From an uncultured Verrucomicrobiae bacterium (lineage in GTDB: Bacteria > Verrucomicrobiota > Verrucomicrobiia > Limisphaerales > Palsa-1400): 64,000 nucleotides of DNA. The position numbers and the translations under genes are program-made. Shown one piece after another: positions 10,101 to 21,900 of this stretch; the first letter of the stretch is position 1, and every line of letters starts with the position of its first letter. Where the stretch lies: NCBI GenBank assembly GCA_963764165.1, contig CAVXRD010000004.1, positions 512,001 through 576,000 of the forward strand, read 5' to 3'. The notes under the pieces are model-generated. The model did no database searches. It saw nothing but the letters and a program-made list of their open reading frames with translations, and was not told where the DNA came from.

Positions 10101-12952
10101 CAACGATGCTTGGCACTCTGGTATCGGACGACCAGAATCCATCTGTCAAACACAATTGGACTTATGCGCCGACGGGTGGCGCGACGCTGACGCTGGCCGT
10201 GAGCAGCGGAACGCCGAATGTGTCAATTAAAAGCGCCACGAATTTTCTTGGCGCAGCCGTGGCGGGCGCGCAGGGATTCACCAAGACTGGCCCGGGCGAT
10301 TTGACTCTCAGCGCGGCCAGCACGTTCACAGGCGGCGTGAGCGTCAGCGACGGCACGCTCGAAGTCCAAAACAAATCCGGCGACGTGACGTATTCCGTCG
10401 CGGCTGGGGCGACTTTGAAAATCGGCTACACGACAGGCGGCGGTTACGCGAACACGGGATTGAGCATTAGCGGCAACGGGGCTTCTGACCCGAGTGGCTT
10501 TTACCTCGCGGGCGGGCGCACCTACAATTGCAGTGGCGAGGTAATCTTGCAAGGCGCCCCTACCACCATCCGGCAATACGGCTCCGGCCTCGCCAATCTT
10601 GGCACTTACGATATCAACGGAACCGGATTGTGGTGCACCTCGGCAGCGTCCGGCTCCGCCACAGACGCCAACGTGCAAATGGTCAGCGACGGCTACGGAA
10701 TGTCCGTGCAAGTGGACCCCGGCGCGAACACCGCCACTGGCGATCTGACGATTAACGGGCCGCTGAATGTCGGGAGCCTCGGATTTTATCTGCGCGGAAA
10801 TGGTTCAGTGCTTTTGAACGGAACAGCACCGGCGGGTAATGCGGCCTTGCAAATCACCAGCGGGACCGTCATTTGCGGAGCCGCGAATTGCATCGGCGCC
10901 AGCGCGGCGCTGATTATTTCTCCGGGAGCAACCCTCAATTTGAACGGCTTCAGCCAGACAATCGCCGCCTCCTCGGGCGCGGGAACAACATCGCTCGGAG
11001 GCAAGTTGCTGATGACCATCAACGGCGGCGCGTCGCCGGGCGGAAGCACGCTGGCTGTGCCGGGCGCGAATCCGCTCGCTTTCGGGGGCTCGCTCGTCGT
11101 TACAAACATCGGCGGCGCCCTCGCGGCAGGTCAAACCTTCACGCTCTTCACGGCCCAAAGTTATTCGCGCGCGTTCACCAACTTCAGCTTGCCGACGCTG
11201 CCACCTGGATTGATCTGGCAGACTAATAATCTTCCGGTCAATGGTTCCATCTCCATCAATACCAACGGACTGAGCACTTGGAACGGGAACGGCAGCAATG
11301 CCAATTGGAGCACAGCGGCGAACTGGATTGGCTCGACTCCCGCCAATCAGAATTCCCTGATGTTCGCGGGAAACGCGCAGCAAACCAGCACCAATAATTT
11401 TCTATCGGCAGTCGGACAGGTCATTTTTTCCAACGGCGGATTCAGCCTCACAGGAAATGCGGTCTCAAGCTTATGGGGGATTGTCAATCAAGCAGGAAAC
11501 AACACCTGGTCCATCCCAACCACGCTGAGTGCCGCCCAATCGTTCATTAGCAGCAATGGAACGCTCACCGTGGCTGGCGCGGTCGCGACTGGCGGAAATC
11601 TCCTGACGCTGGATGGGGCGGGCGCGATACAGATTGCCAACGCCATTTCCGGCGCGGGCGGTCTTCAGAAAAACGGAACTGGCACGGCTTCGCTCAATGT
11701 GCAAAACAGCTTCACCGGCGGCACGACCATAAACAGCGGGATTTTGAATTTAACCGGCGGAGGCGGCAGCAGCGGGACGATTCGCGGCGCCGTGACGGTC
11801 AATAGCGGCGGCATTCTCGAATTGAGCACTGCCGACGCAATTGGTTATGGCGGCGGCACGACCGCTTTGACGAATATCTCTCTGGCTGGCGGGACATTGA
11901 ATGTCGCGACTTCTGTCAATCAAACACTCGGAAGCGCGATCATCAACTTGACAGGCGGCGCGATCACGGGAAATGCGGGCGGCAATATCGATTTTTACGG
12001 CGGCGGCTCCGCTCTCAACAGCTGGGCCGCTTCCAAAACCTCCACGATAAGTGGCGTCCCGCTTTCCCCACTGCGGCAGGGAAGCACGACGTTCACCGTG
12101 CAAGCGGGGACGACGCCGTCTGGCATCGATTTGGATATTTCGTCGACTCTCCAAACATCGCCCAACGGAGACGCAAGCGGGGCGAGTCTTTACAAGGCAG
12201 GCAGCGGCACCCTCCGGCTTTCCGGCACAAATACCTACGCAAAACCTACCATCGTCAGCGCAGGGACCTTGTGGGTCACCGGTTCTCTCGGTGCTGCGAG
12301 CAGGCTTTCCATTGCCAAGGGCGCCACTTTAGGAGGAACCGGCGCAATCAACGGCCCCGCAACCGTTCAAGCCGGCGGCATGCTGACCGTCGGCACCAAT
12401 AGCATCGGCACGCTCGCGTTCGGCTCCAGTCTAAACCTGGCGGGCAGCGCATGGATGAAGATCAGCCGAAATGGCGGGATGGCGACCAACGACTTGGCTC
12501 TCGTGGCGGGACAATTGGCGGAAGCGGGCACTTTGATCGTTACGAATGCGGGCACGAATCTCCCCGCCCTGGGCGATAGCTACAAGCTATTTTCAGCGGC
12601 GCAATTCTCGGGATCATTCACGAATTTCAATCTCCCCACCCTGCCCTCAACTTTGCTATGGAGCACATCGAACCTCGCCGCCAGCGGAGTTCTGCTGGTC
12701 GTGACAAATCCGCCGGTCACTAGCATGGCGCCCGCGGATATTAATTTCAGCCTCGCTGGATCGACCCTGACGTTGTCATGGCCAGTCGATCACGTCGGGT
12801 GGGCGCTGCTGGCGCAAACCAACAACTTGCAGTTCGGCCTCAGCCTTGATTCCAACGATTGGGGTGCGGTCAGCGATTCCACGAGCACGAATGCCGTTAC
12901 GGTCCGCGTGTCAGCCACCAACAATGGCTACTATCGACTGGTTTATCCGTGA
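7181..12952 (+). CDS. 1923-aa secreted protein: DUF3472-like N-terminus, PA14, ConA-like and Ig domains, autotransporter-associated beta-strand repeats, C-terminal YYRL domain
   Basis: Signal peptide; PA14 ([27 protein letters not shown]); Ig ([10 protein letters not shown]); repeats [35 protein letters not shown]; ends GYYRLVYP. Confidence 0.85.
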   Translation: MRRFNPAGCIFAMALAVLNPPECFAQYHNFNVTSGSDCIMQDYRSPDVPPGIYDAIHEENVTSSDSGAGYFYGGFTHQNQLPNGSFGTLVQYVCWPATGGYAPYSQQIPFFAGTNMVGYPQIGEGSSCAIKGYWPQFTSNLWTREAVRYWLPSDGTPHLGYQGMWIKDPVTANWDHVGTFLYPFAVTGVTGMSGWQENFSGYTGDYKVNHANGYYHINGAWHMANQIQYTSAGYVYLINTNAASESDVGHDYTNSYNNPQTLIMSGQPSAPTFDPIIVTNFAASVYGSQLLVQWQLPLSSSPQLSYRVDVFNNSAYSGIASLSYNNNDPEARQVLLTLTNVATPYVRLTISDIFFNTNAPILITPALASPSAATNISGTVGGLAFQYYESASGDWGSLPNFSALTPIYTGAVGFTDVTPRRQRTDYGFNYSGFINAPATGVYAFSLHSGDGSELVIDGTNVIDFDGLHDSSQFKSGGIALAAGPHAFNLQFFKGAANPVNSTAYTDGIGLAWQIPGATAAVDVPASAYSRTPANGEPLIVLTAPLSNSTVPNFNPGLSATVRANGNAANGVLFYLTDYSAYYAHPAAGMDYYLGRASTTPYSLNSMIWSARTNLVRARLIYNGTNIIDSAPVGIVTTNGSFGAWAWSPLEMHNYPSGGAIQGSTFSLLGDGMNFISRKVTGDSTLVARLAGLTPNQPSPDGVSPGGSWRAGIIFRGTTNATIGQPLGDGSTTRFAALFSAVEGGTYYENDTMRNGNGDANAWSGNLGSSYTWYKIQRAGDVFTSFISADGQNWIQANTITLTGIGTSIYAGVFINAEQSFNPNIHSASFDSFSLTGTNVAGAASVSISPATNSIVGGQAATFAASVVGPVPAGFQWQLNGTNIASATNATYSIASVTAANAGTYTVIANGVTSAPALLTISAPAGSGVWINGEGGSWSAPANWSGGLAAGGTNAVGDFSTLELSLNPTVTLNTPTMLGTLVSDDQNPSVKHNWTYAPTGGATLTLAVSSGTPNVSIKSATNFLGAAVAGAQGFTKTGPGDLTLSAASTFTGGVSVSDGTLEVQNKSGDVTYSVAAGATLKIGYTTGGGYANTGLSISGNGASDPSGFYLAGGRTYNCSGEVILQGAPTTIRQYGSGLANLGTYDINGTGLWCTSAASGSATDANVQMVSDGYGMSVQVDPGANTATGDLTINGPLNVGSLGFYLRGNGSVLLNGTAPAGNAALQITSGTVICGAANCIGASAALIISPGATLNLNGFSQTIAASSGAGTTSLGGKLLMTINGGASPGGSTLAVPGANPLAFGGSLVVTNIGGALAAGQTFTLFTAQSYSRAFTNFSLPTLPPGLIWQTNNLPVNGSISINTNGLSTWNGNGSNANWSTAANWIGSTPANQNSLMFAGNAQQTSTNNFLSAVGQVIFSNGGFSLTGNAVSSLWGIVNQAGNNTWSIPTTLSAAQSFISSNGTLTVAGAVATGGNLLTLDGAGAIQIANAISGAGGLQKNGTGTASLNVQNSFTGGTTINSGILNLTGGGGSSGTIRGAVTVNSGGILELSTADAIGYGGGTTALTNISLAGGTLNVATSVNQTLGSAIINLTGGAITGNAGGNIDFYGGGSALNSWAASKTSTISGVPLSPLRQGSTTFTVQAGTTPSGIDLDISSTLQTSPNGDASGASLYKAGSGTLRLSGTNTYAKPTIVSAGTLWVTGSLGAASRLSIAKGATLGGTGAINGPATVQAGGMLTVGTNSIGTLAFGSSLNLAGSAWMKISRNGGMATNDLALVAGQLAEAGTLIVTNAGTNLPALGDSYKLFSAAQFSGSFTNFNLPTLPSTLLWSTSNLAASGVLLVVTNPPVTSMAPADINFSLAGSTLTLSWPVDHVGWALLAQTNNLQFGLSLDSNDWGAVSDSTSTNAVTVRVSATNNGYYRLVYP

Positions 12953-13007
12953 AATTGGGACGCAGTCGGGCGGGGCCAATGAACGTCGACAGCAATCTCC
13001 ACTGTCA

Positions 13008-13211
13008 GCATCCCGGCAGGGATGCAGGAGTGTAGCCGGTGGTTGAGCGAAGCGACACCACCGGAAAATGTCCTAAAAATCCTCCCGCATCCTGAAAGGA
13101 TGCCAGCCGCAGCACGCTGTCATCCCTGCCGGGATGAATCATTGTTATCGCTTTTTCCGGTGGTGTCGCTTCGCTCAACCACCGGCTACACTCTGTGATG
13201 CCTCCGGCATC
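13008..13211. repeat. REP/BIME-like palindromic element with a perfect 41-bp inverted repeat
   Basis: 13028-13068 GAGTGTAGCCGGTGGTTGAGCGAAGCGACACCACCGGAAAA is the exact reverse complement of 13153-13193. Flanked by GCATCC..GGATGC-type hairpins. Confidence 0.9.
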
Positions 13212-13379
13212 TTCCGCGCAAGCCGTTTCGACGCTCCAGCAAATTAATCGGCGAGTCTCTCCCTACCGAAAATCAAGTTCCCGTGGGACGGCATACCACA
13301 AACTGCGTATATGATTCAATTGCGGGGAGTGTATAATTACAGGCGTGGGCAGCAAAACCAATTCGGTTCTAACGGCAGC

Positions 13380-14228
13380 ATGAGAATTGTATCCAAGAGG
13401 TTAGTCAACGCCAGAAAAACCAGGGGCCAAAGGGAAGCACGCGAGAGGCGAGGTTTCACTTTGATCGAACTGCTGGTCGTCATTGCCATCATCGCCATAC
13501 TTGCCTCCCTGCTCTTGCCGGCCTTGGCCACTGCCAAGCGCAAAGCGCAAGACATTCAGTGCCTCAATAATGGCAAGCAGATCGTCCTCTCCATGAAGAT
13601 GTACGTCAACGACTCGGCGGACATGATGATCAGCTACAATGACCCGAGCGGGGCTTACACTCTGTGGGTCGGCCGGCTGCAATCCAACTACAGCCAGCTT
13701 GCGCAATCCCGCCTCTGCCCCGCCACACGCGATCCAAATCCGTGGGTCGAGCAGCAACCCGCCTCCACCAGCGATGGCAACGGCGGCTTGGGAGTGGCCG
13801 ATTACACTTGGAACTGGGGGGTCTACAGCGCGTCGGCCTATCATGGGAGCTATGGCATCAACGCCTGGTGCTATTCGGGGCTCGACGGCAGTTCGAGCTA
13901 CTTTGACAAGGAAGCAAACGTGACCAAACCGGCGACAACGCCCTATTTTTCCGACTCCATCTGGATCGACGGCGGGCCTCTCGAAGCGGATACTCCCGCT
14001 CGGAATTTGTATACCGGCGCCGACGATGAAGACATGGAACGCATCACCATCGCAAGGCACGGCATCAATCCCGGTCGCGCCCCAAGAAACGTCCCGGCGG
14101 GAACATTCTTAGTGGGCATGATTAACCTTGGTTTCGTCGACGGGCATGTCGAAGCGAAGCGCCTGGAAGATTTGTGGAGCCTCACCTGGCGCAAGGGCTG
14201 GGTGCAGCCGAACCCGCGCCCAAAGTAG
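13380..14228 (+). CDS. Prepilin-type N-terminal cleavage/methylation protein with H-X9-DG-like C-terminus
   Basis: [33 protein letters not shown]...[11 protein letters not shown]. The start could alternatively be 13311. Confidence 0.9.
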   Translation: MRIVSKRLVNARKTRGQREARERRGFTLIELLVVIAIIAILASLLLPALATAKRKAQDIQCLNNGKQIVLSMKMYVNDSADMMISYNDPSGAYTLWVGRLQSNYSQLAQSRLCPATRDPNPWVEQQPASTSDGNGGLGVADYTWNWGVYSASAYHGSYGINAWCYSGLDGSSSYFDKEANVTKPATTPYFSDSIWIDGGPLEADTPARNLYTGADDEDMERITIARHGINPGRAPRNVPAGTFLVGMINLGFVDGHVEAKRLEDLWSLTWRKGWVQPNPRPK

Positions 14229-14319
14229 CGCCTCGCCGAGGCGTCCGAGGATGTGGCGTTGTTCGCGCGCGTTCGGACTTGGGAGAGTTCCCGGGACCCC
14301 TCGGCGAGGCGTCCCTGCC
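14229..14319. repeat. REP-like element, GGGACGCCTCGCCGAGGCGTCC family, copy 1
   Basis: CGCCTCGCCGAGGCGTCCG ... GGACCCCTCGGCGAGGCGTCCCTGCC form an inverted pair. Same family at 34797 and 44865. Confidence 0.8.
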
Positions 14320-14351
14320 TTTGAGAGGCTTGCGTCGAACATTTTGTTTTA

Positions 14352-15608
14352 ATGAAAAAATTAATCTTGCTCGCCTTGTGCCTGCTCGCTTCGTTTCAAG
14401 CGCGCGCTGAACTGCGCATCCCCGCCTTCACCGCCTATCTCGAACCCGATTCCGATGGCGCGCAAATCTCACGAAACTCCGGCATTAAAAATTGGACCGA
14501 TCCCAGCGAGAAAGTTCTCTGGTTCGGGGAGATAAAAACGCCCGGAAATTTGAATTGCGTGCTGGAAGTGCAACTGCCGGCCGACGCGGAAACTAAGTTG
14601 CGCCTCACCGTCGGAGGAGAATCACGCGAAGCAACTGCCAAAGGAGCTGGAACCAACACAACGAAATTGGACTTTGGCTCGTTCAACATTGCCGCAGCGG
14701 GTTATCAGAAATTTACTCTGGAGTCCCTGAACGCAGCCGGGGCTTCAGCGGGGAACATCAAAGCGTTCGTGCTTTCGGGAGCAGCCACGGAAGGCGCGCA
14801 TTTCAATTTGAAAGAGCGCCGCAATGCCGCTTCGGTCCATCTTTCTTACCCAACACCGGGCATGACGAACATTGACGCGTTTTACTGCGAAGTCACCGGG
14901 GTGGAGACGCCGCTGTATAGTTATTTTGAAGCGTGCGGCTGGCATCGCGGATATTTCGGGATGCAAGTCAACAGCCCGACCGAGCGCCGGATCATTTTCA
15001 GCGTGTGGGACAGCGGCCACGAAGCCGTCAGCCGCGACAACGTGGGCCAGGACGACCGCGTGACGCTGATCGCGAAGGGACCCGGAGTTTACAGCGGCGA
15101 TTTCGGCAACGAAGGCACCGGCGGGCACAGCCATCTAGTCTACAATTGGAAAACTGGCGCCCAACAGCGCTTCCTTGTCACAGCCAAGCCGACCGGCGCC
15201 ACGCACACGATTTATGCCGGTTATTGGTTTCAACCGGATGAAAAGAAGTGGATGCTCATCTCCTCTTGGAAAGCGCCCAAAGACGGCCAATACTTGCACG
15301 GCCTTTACAGTTTCAATGAGGATTTCGCGGGCAGCAACGGCGAACTTCGCCGCAAAGCGCTTTTCGGAAATCAATGGTGCCACACCGCCGACGGGCAATG
15401 GCATGAGCAAATCACCGCAACGTTCAGCCATGACCCCACCGGAAAGACCGACCGGCTTGACCGCTTCATGGGGGTGGAGAACGGGCAATTCTTTCTATCC
15501 AATGGGGGCTTCATTTCCGGCTTTACCAAGTTCGGAGAAAAATTCGACCGCCCTCTGGCAGGCCCGGCCCCTCTGGACTTTGCCTTCTTGCCGTCGGGGA
15601 TGAATTAG
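14352..15608 (+). CDS. Secreted DUF5077/DUF3472 domain protein
   Basis: Signal peptide; RRNAASVHL, GYFGMQVNSPTERRIIFSVWD, FGNEGTGGHS and YSFNEDF motifs. Confidence 0.85.
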   Translation: MKKLILLALCLLASFQARAELRIPAFTAYLEPDSDGAQISRNSGIKNWTDPSEKVLWFGEIKTPGNLNCVLEVQLPADAETKLRLTVGGESREATAKGAGTNTTKLDFGSFNIAAAGYQKFTLESLNAAGASAGNIKAFVLSGAATEGAHFNLKERRNAASVHLSYPTPGMTNIDAFYCEVTGVETPLYSYFEACGWHRGYFGMQVNSPTERRIIFSVWDSGHEAVSRDNVGQDDRVTLIAKGPGVYSGDFGNEGTGGHSHLVYNWKTGAQQRFLVTAKPTGATHTIYAGYWFQPDEKKWMLISSWKAPKDGQYLHGLYSFNEDFAGSNGELRRKALFGNQWCHTADGQWHEQITATFSHDPTGKTDRLDRFMGVENGQFFLSNGGFISGFTKFGEKFDRPLAGPAPLDFAFLPSGMN

Positions 15609-15929
15609 GACATGCAATTCAGTGGCGCGCGAAGCGCTTGCTCGATCTTTTTGCGCAATGATTTCGTTGTTCGCCGCTGGCGGGTCCCCGCAGGACATGC
15701 ACGCGGCTCACTCCTCGCATTTGCGCAAAAATCTGCGTCGCAATGGCTTCCCTGTCAACTGAGTGGTTGCGGCTGCAGGTAGTCCGAAAATCCCGGTGAA
15801 TTGTATTGACACCCCATACACTTCCTGTTGAGGTAGGCAACAGCCAATAAGCCATAACCTTTTCCCGGTCTCGGTCGAAAAAGAGTTTGGCGGCTCAATT
15901 TTGGCACCCGTCAAGAGTTATAAGACATT

Positions 15930-18900
15930 ATGAATCAGCCACCTTCATTTCGCGCCAGCATAGTGATGCTACTCGCCTTCCTGGCACTTGCGGTTGAACC
16001 AGCAAATGCCGACACGGTAAGCTGGGTCAATACTACCGGCGGAAATTGGAGTTTGGGCGCCAACTGGAGCACTGGCCAGGCGCCCGGCCCCGGCGACACG
16101 GCAATTATCGATGCGCCAGGAACTTACAATGTAACCCTCGACACCGGTGTCACCATCGCCGGCCTGGTTGTGGGCAGCAGCGGCGGAACCGGCACGCAGA
16201 CCTTACTTACTGGATCACAGACATTTACGGTCAACGGCGGGATTCAGGTTTACGCCAACGGACAATTTTACGTCAATGGCGGAGCGTTTGCTGGGACGAG
16301 CGTCCTGACCGGAACTATGACTTGGAGTGGTGGAGACATGGATTGCAATCTGACGGTGACCACCAACAGCGTATTTAATATCGCCCCGGGCGGCGGCAAC
16401 GCCATGAAAGGCTTTGTCCTGACGAATTTCGGAACGGTCAATTGGGGGTACACTACAATTTACAGCTTTGCACCCTATAATGCGCAAATTTACAATTATG
16501 GCCTTTGGCAAGCTCAGAACGACAATGGTTTTGCCGGAGGTTACCAAGGCGGCACAACTCTGTTCAACAACTATGGAACCTTCCTGAAATCAGGCACCTC
16601 CGGCACCTCGACCTTGGATGGCGCCGTGGTATTCAACAACACGGGAACGATTGCCGTTCAAAGCGGAACGCTAGCCATCCAAGGCGGAGGGGATAGCGCC
16701 AACAGCTCTTGCTCGGTGGAGACCAACGCGGTGTTGTTGGTGGAAAACATGGAGCTTTCGGGCAGCACAACCATAACCGGAGGCGGAGTGGCGGAACTTG
16801 GCGGTACCACGACAATCAACGGCGTGTTAAGCGCCCCCAATGTCGCTCTGGTGAACGGGTCCCTGTCAGGAACCAACGTTTTCACCGGCACATTGACTTG
16901 GAGCGGCGGGGACATGGATTGCAATCTGACTGTGTCCACCAACAGCGTATTTAATATCGCCCAGGGCGGTGGTGACGCCATGAAAGGCTTTGTCCTGACA
17001 AACTTTGGAACGGTCAATTGGGGTTACGCTACGATTTACAGCTTTGCTCCCTACAACGCGCAAATTTACAATTACGGCCTCTGGCAAGCTCAGAACGACA
17101 ATGATTTTGCCGGAGGTTACCAAGGCGGCACAACTCTGTTCAACAACTATGGAACCTTCCTGAAATCAGGCACCTCCGGCACCTCGACCTTGGATGGCGC
17201 CGTGGTATTCAACAACACGGGAACGATTGCCGTTCAAAGCGGAACGCTGGCCATCCAACGTGGCGGCGTCGGCACTAACAGCTCATTCTCCGCGGCGACC
17301 AACGCGGTGTTGTTGGTGGAAAACATGGAGCTTTCGGGCTGCACAACCATAACCGGAGGCGGAGTGGCGGAACTTGGCGGTACCACGACAATCAACGGCG
17401 TGTTAACCGCGCCCAATGTCGCTCTGGTGAACGGGTCCCTGTCAGGAACCAACATTTTCACCGGCACATTGACTTGGAGCGGCGGGGACATGGATTGCAA
17501 TCTGACTGTGTCCACCAACAGCGTTTTTAATATCGCGCCGGGTGGTGGTGACGCCATGAAAGGCTTTGTCCTGACAAACTTTGGAACGGTCAATTGGGGT
17601 TACGCTACGATTTACAGCTTTGCTCCCTACAACGCGCAAATTTACAATTATGGCCTCTGGCAAGCTCAGAACGACAATGGTTTTGCCGGAGGTTACCAAG
17701 GCGGCACAACTCTGTTCAACAACTATGGAACCTTCCTGAAATCAGGCACCTCCGGAACCTCGACCTTGGATGGCGCAGTGGCATTCAACAACCTCGGCAC
17801 CGTCACCGTGGAGTCCGGAAGCCTTAATCTCACCACCGGAAGCGGCGCGGGCGCCATATTCCAAACGGATGGCGGCGCAATTATCCGCTTTGCCAATTTT
17901 GCCTTCACCAATCAGAACTTATTTAGCGGCACGGGAAATTACCTGGTGGGAAACACGACCTTCGGCGGGGTGATATCGGGATCTCTTAATTGGGCTGGCG
18001 GCAACGTCAGCGGCGGGCTGACTGTTGCCAGCAATAGCGCCCTTAACATCCTTCCAGGCGGAGGCAATTCCATGGTTGGGCTCCTGCTTACAAATTTCGG
18101 GACCGTCAACTGGGGCTCCACCACCCTCTACTGCGTCGCCCCGAACAATGCGCAGATATACAATTATGGGGTCTGGTTTGCGCAAGCGGACAACGAATTC
18201 GCAGGCGGCTACAACGGCGGAACAACACCGTTTTACAATTTTGGCGTCTTTCTCAAATCAGGCACCGCCGGCACCACGACGCTGGACGGGGCGCTTGTGT
18301 TCAAAAACACCGGCATGGCGATTGTCCAGAGCGGGACCCTTGCCATAAACTCCGGCGCCGGAACTGGCGGTCATTTTTCAACCGTCGGCGGGGGCAATAT
18401 CTATTTTGCCAACTATACTTTTGCCGGCACCAACACGCTGGCCGGTCCGGCAAGTTATCTGATAGGCGACGCCACTTTCGCCGGCACAATAGAGGGGACC
18501 CTTGGCTGGGTTGGCGGCAGTCTGTATGGGGTGATGACGGTCGATACTGGCAGCGTTCTTAGCATTTTGCCCGGAGGCGGCAATGCCATGCGCGGTTTAA
18601 CCCTGACCAATCTAGGAACGGTCAACTGGGGAAGCACGACCCTTTACAGCGCCGCCCCAAACAACGCGTTTATTTACAACTACGGTGTCTGGACAGCGCA
18701 GGCCGATAACGGTTTCGAAGGCGGTTACAACGGCGGAACAACGCCCTTTTATAACTTTGGCACCTTCAGCAAGTCAGGCACAACCGGCACCACAACGCTG
18801 GACGGGGCGGTTGTGTTCAATAACACCGGCACGGCGATCGCGCAGAGCGGCGTCCTCGCGGTAAACTCCGGCACCGGGTTTGGCGGGAATTTTTCAACCG

Positions 18901-21900
18901 CGGCCGGCGGCAACATCTATTTTGCCAATTATACTTTTGCCGGCACCAACACGCTGGCCGGGCCCGCGAATTATGTGACAGGCAGCGCCACCTTTGCCGG
19001 CGCCATCGAAGGGACACTTGGGTGGGTTGGCGGCAGTTTATATGGTGTGTTGACGGTGGACAATGGGAGCGTTCTTAACATTTTGCCCGGAGGCGGCAAT
19101 GGTATGAACGGCCTTGCTTTGACTAACCTCGGAACCGTCAACTGGGGAAATACCACGCTTTACAGCTATTCTCCCAATAACGCGCACATTTATAATTACG
19201 GTGTCTGGACAGCACAGGCTGACAACGGTTTTCAGGGCGGTTACAACGGCGGAACAACGCCTTTTTACAACTTTGGCACCTTCACCAAGGCAGGCACCAG
19301 CGGCACCACAACATTGGACGGCAATGTCACGTTCAATAACACCGGGACCATCAACGCGCAGAGCGGCATTCTAAGTTTGGCTGGCAGCTACAGCCTTGCG
19401 GGCGGTGCGATGAACTTTGGCGTCAACGGCTCAAACACTTCTGGCATGGTAGCCCTTTCAGGCAATCCAGCCACGCTTGCCGGCGCGGTAAGCGCAATTT
19501 TCAACAATGGCTATGTGCCGGCGCTGGGCGATCAGTTTCCGATTCTCTCGTTCACTAGCTTAAATGGGGTGTTTTCAAATACGAATCTACCCGGGGGGAT
19601 CTCCATCTCCTACGGCAATGCCAGCGCCTCCCTGGTCGTCACGAGCGCCTTTGTGGGGCCAATCATTGCCTGGCTCCCGCCTGCCCCTGTCGTCTATGGG
19701 ACAGTGTTGGACTCGAACCAATTGAACGCCACTGCCAATGTTCCCGGCACGTTTGCTTATAATCCACCAGCGGGAGCGACCCTGCCCGCCGGACTTCAAA
19801 CGTTGTCCGTAGTTTTCAATCCCACCGACAATGTTAATTACAACGCGGCCACAAATACGGTCAGCCTGTCAGTCCTGCCGGCGCCATTAAGCATCACCGC
19901 AAACGATGTGTTTGTGCCTTACGGCTCAACAATTCCCGCCCTGACCGCGACGTATGCCGGATTTGTCAACGGCGAAACCGCTGCCGCGCTAAACGGCTCT
20001 CCGTCTCTGACGACGACAGCCACCGCGGGAAGTCCGGGGGGAGTTTACCCGATCACCGCCGCCCTTGGGACTATCAAAGATTTGAACTACACGTATGCCT
20101 TTCATCCGGGGACTCTAACCATCGAGGAAAGCCAATGTTTGCCGCCGCCCCCCGGGCTGGTCGCATGGTGGCCTGGAAATGGGAATGCCTCTGACGCAAC
20201 CGGAGAGGATGCAGGGATTTTGGAAGGGGGAGCGACATTCGCCAATGGGATAGCGGGACAAGGGTTTAGCTTCGACGGAACGGGGTACGTTGAGGTGGGT
20301 GACAAGTTGGATCTTAATATGTCCAATAGCTTTTCATTCGAGGGTTGGATTTACCCCACAGGAGCCGGCACCGGTGGGGCGACTGGGGGCATTATTATTA
20401 ACAAAGAAGACGAATATGAAGTCGCGCGCTTTGCCGACGGGCACATTAACTGGGCATTTGCAAATTCATCTCCTGGTTGGACCTGGATAGAGTCCAGCGC
20501 AGTCGCGCCGCTCAACGAATGGTCTCATGTTGCGGTTACGTATAACAACGGCCAAGTCAATACGTACCTGAACGGGTCTCTAGCTAGCAGTTACGATGGT
20601 GAAGGATCCATCGGCATTTATGCCGATCCTGGTATAACCAACGATTTTCGCATCGGAGGCCGGTCGGGTAATTCTGAATTTTTTGACGGATCAATTGATG
20701 AGGTTTCCATTTACAATGTCGCTCTGGCGGCGGATGAAATCGCCGCGATTTACACGGCTGGCTCCGCTGGCAAATGCCTCCCCAAGAATGACTGCGCCTA
20801 CCCGCCCCAAGGCTTAGTCTCGTGGTGGCAAGGCGACGGAAATGCCCTCGATCTTATCAGCCAAAATAACGGAACTCTGGAAACCGGCGTGACTTTCTCA
20901 CCGGGGGTCGTCGGCCAGGCCTTTGGCTTCAATGGTTCGACTGCGTGGGTCGATATTTCAAACAGCGCCTCTCTGAATCCAACCGGCCCGTTCAGCGTGG
21001 AGTTTTGGGTTAACGCCAGCCAAACCCAATCAGGCGACCATTTCCTTGTAGCAGACAAGTCCCATGGTTTTACTGACAGCAGCGGCTGGCTTTTCCAAGG
21101 CGTCTCCGCAAACGGAACGCTGTTTTTTGGCTACGGCATCGGCGGGAGCGGGTTCGACAATTTTCCCGGCGTCAGCACGATCAGAAGCGTCCTGGACGCA
21201 ACATGGCACCATGTTGCGGGGGTATGGACGGGAACGCAAATCCAACTCTATCTGGACGGAGTATTGCAGGGTTCGGTTAGCGAATCCACGCCGCCCGTAA
21301 ATAACACAAGAGATGTCGAATTTGGAAGCTCATGGGGTGGCGGGTCGCGCACCCGGTTCTTTAACGGGATGCTTGACGAAGTAAGTTACTACAACCGCGC
21401 TTTAACCTCGAACGACGTTGCCAGCATTTACAATGCTGGGAGTGCGGGCAAGTGCCTGCCGACAACGCTCACGATCACAGTCAACAGCACCAATATGACC
21501 TATGGCGGAACTGTGCCTCCGCTTTCACTAAGCTATAGTGGTTTTGTCAATGGCGACACGCCTTCTTCGCTTGCTGTCGCGCCTTCGCTTTCTACAACCG
21601 CTACGAGCACCAGCCACGCCGGAATCTATTCGATTATTGCCAGCGGCGCGGTTGATCCGAATTACAATATTGTTTATGTTCAGGGCACGCTCACCATTAA
21701 TCCCGCGCCGCTGACAATAACCGCCAATGACGCCACGAACATCTACGGACAAACCAGCCAGTTGCCGGGCACGGCCTTTACGAGTGTCGGATTGCTGAAT
21801 GGCGACACGATTCCCAGTGTGACGTTAATCAGCGCAGGCTCTCTTCCCACGGCGGGCGCGGGCACTTATTCGATTACACCGACGAACGCCGCCGGGCCGA

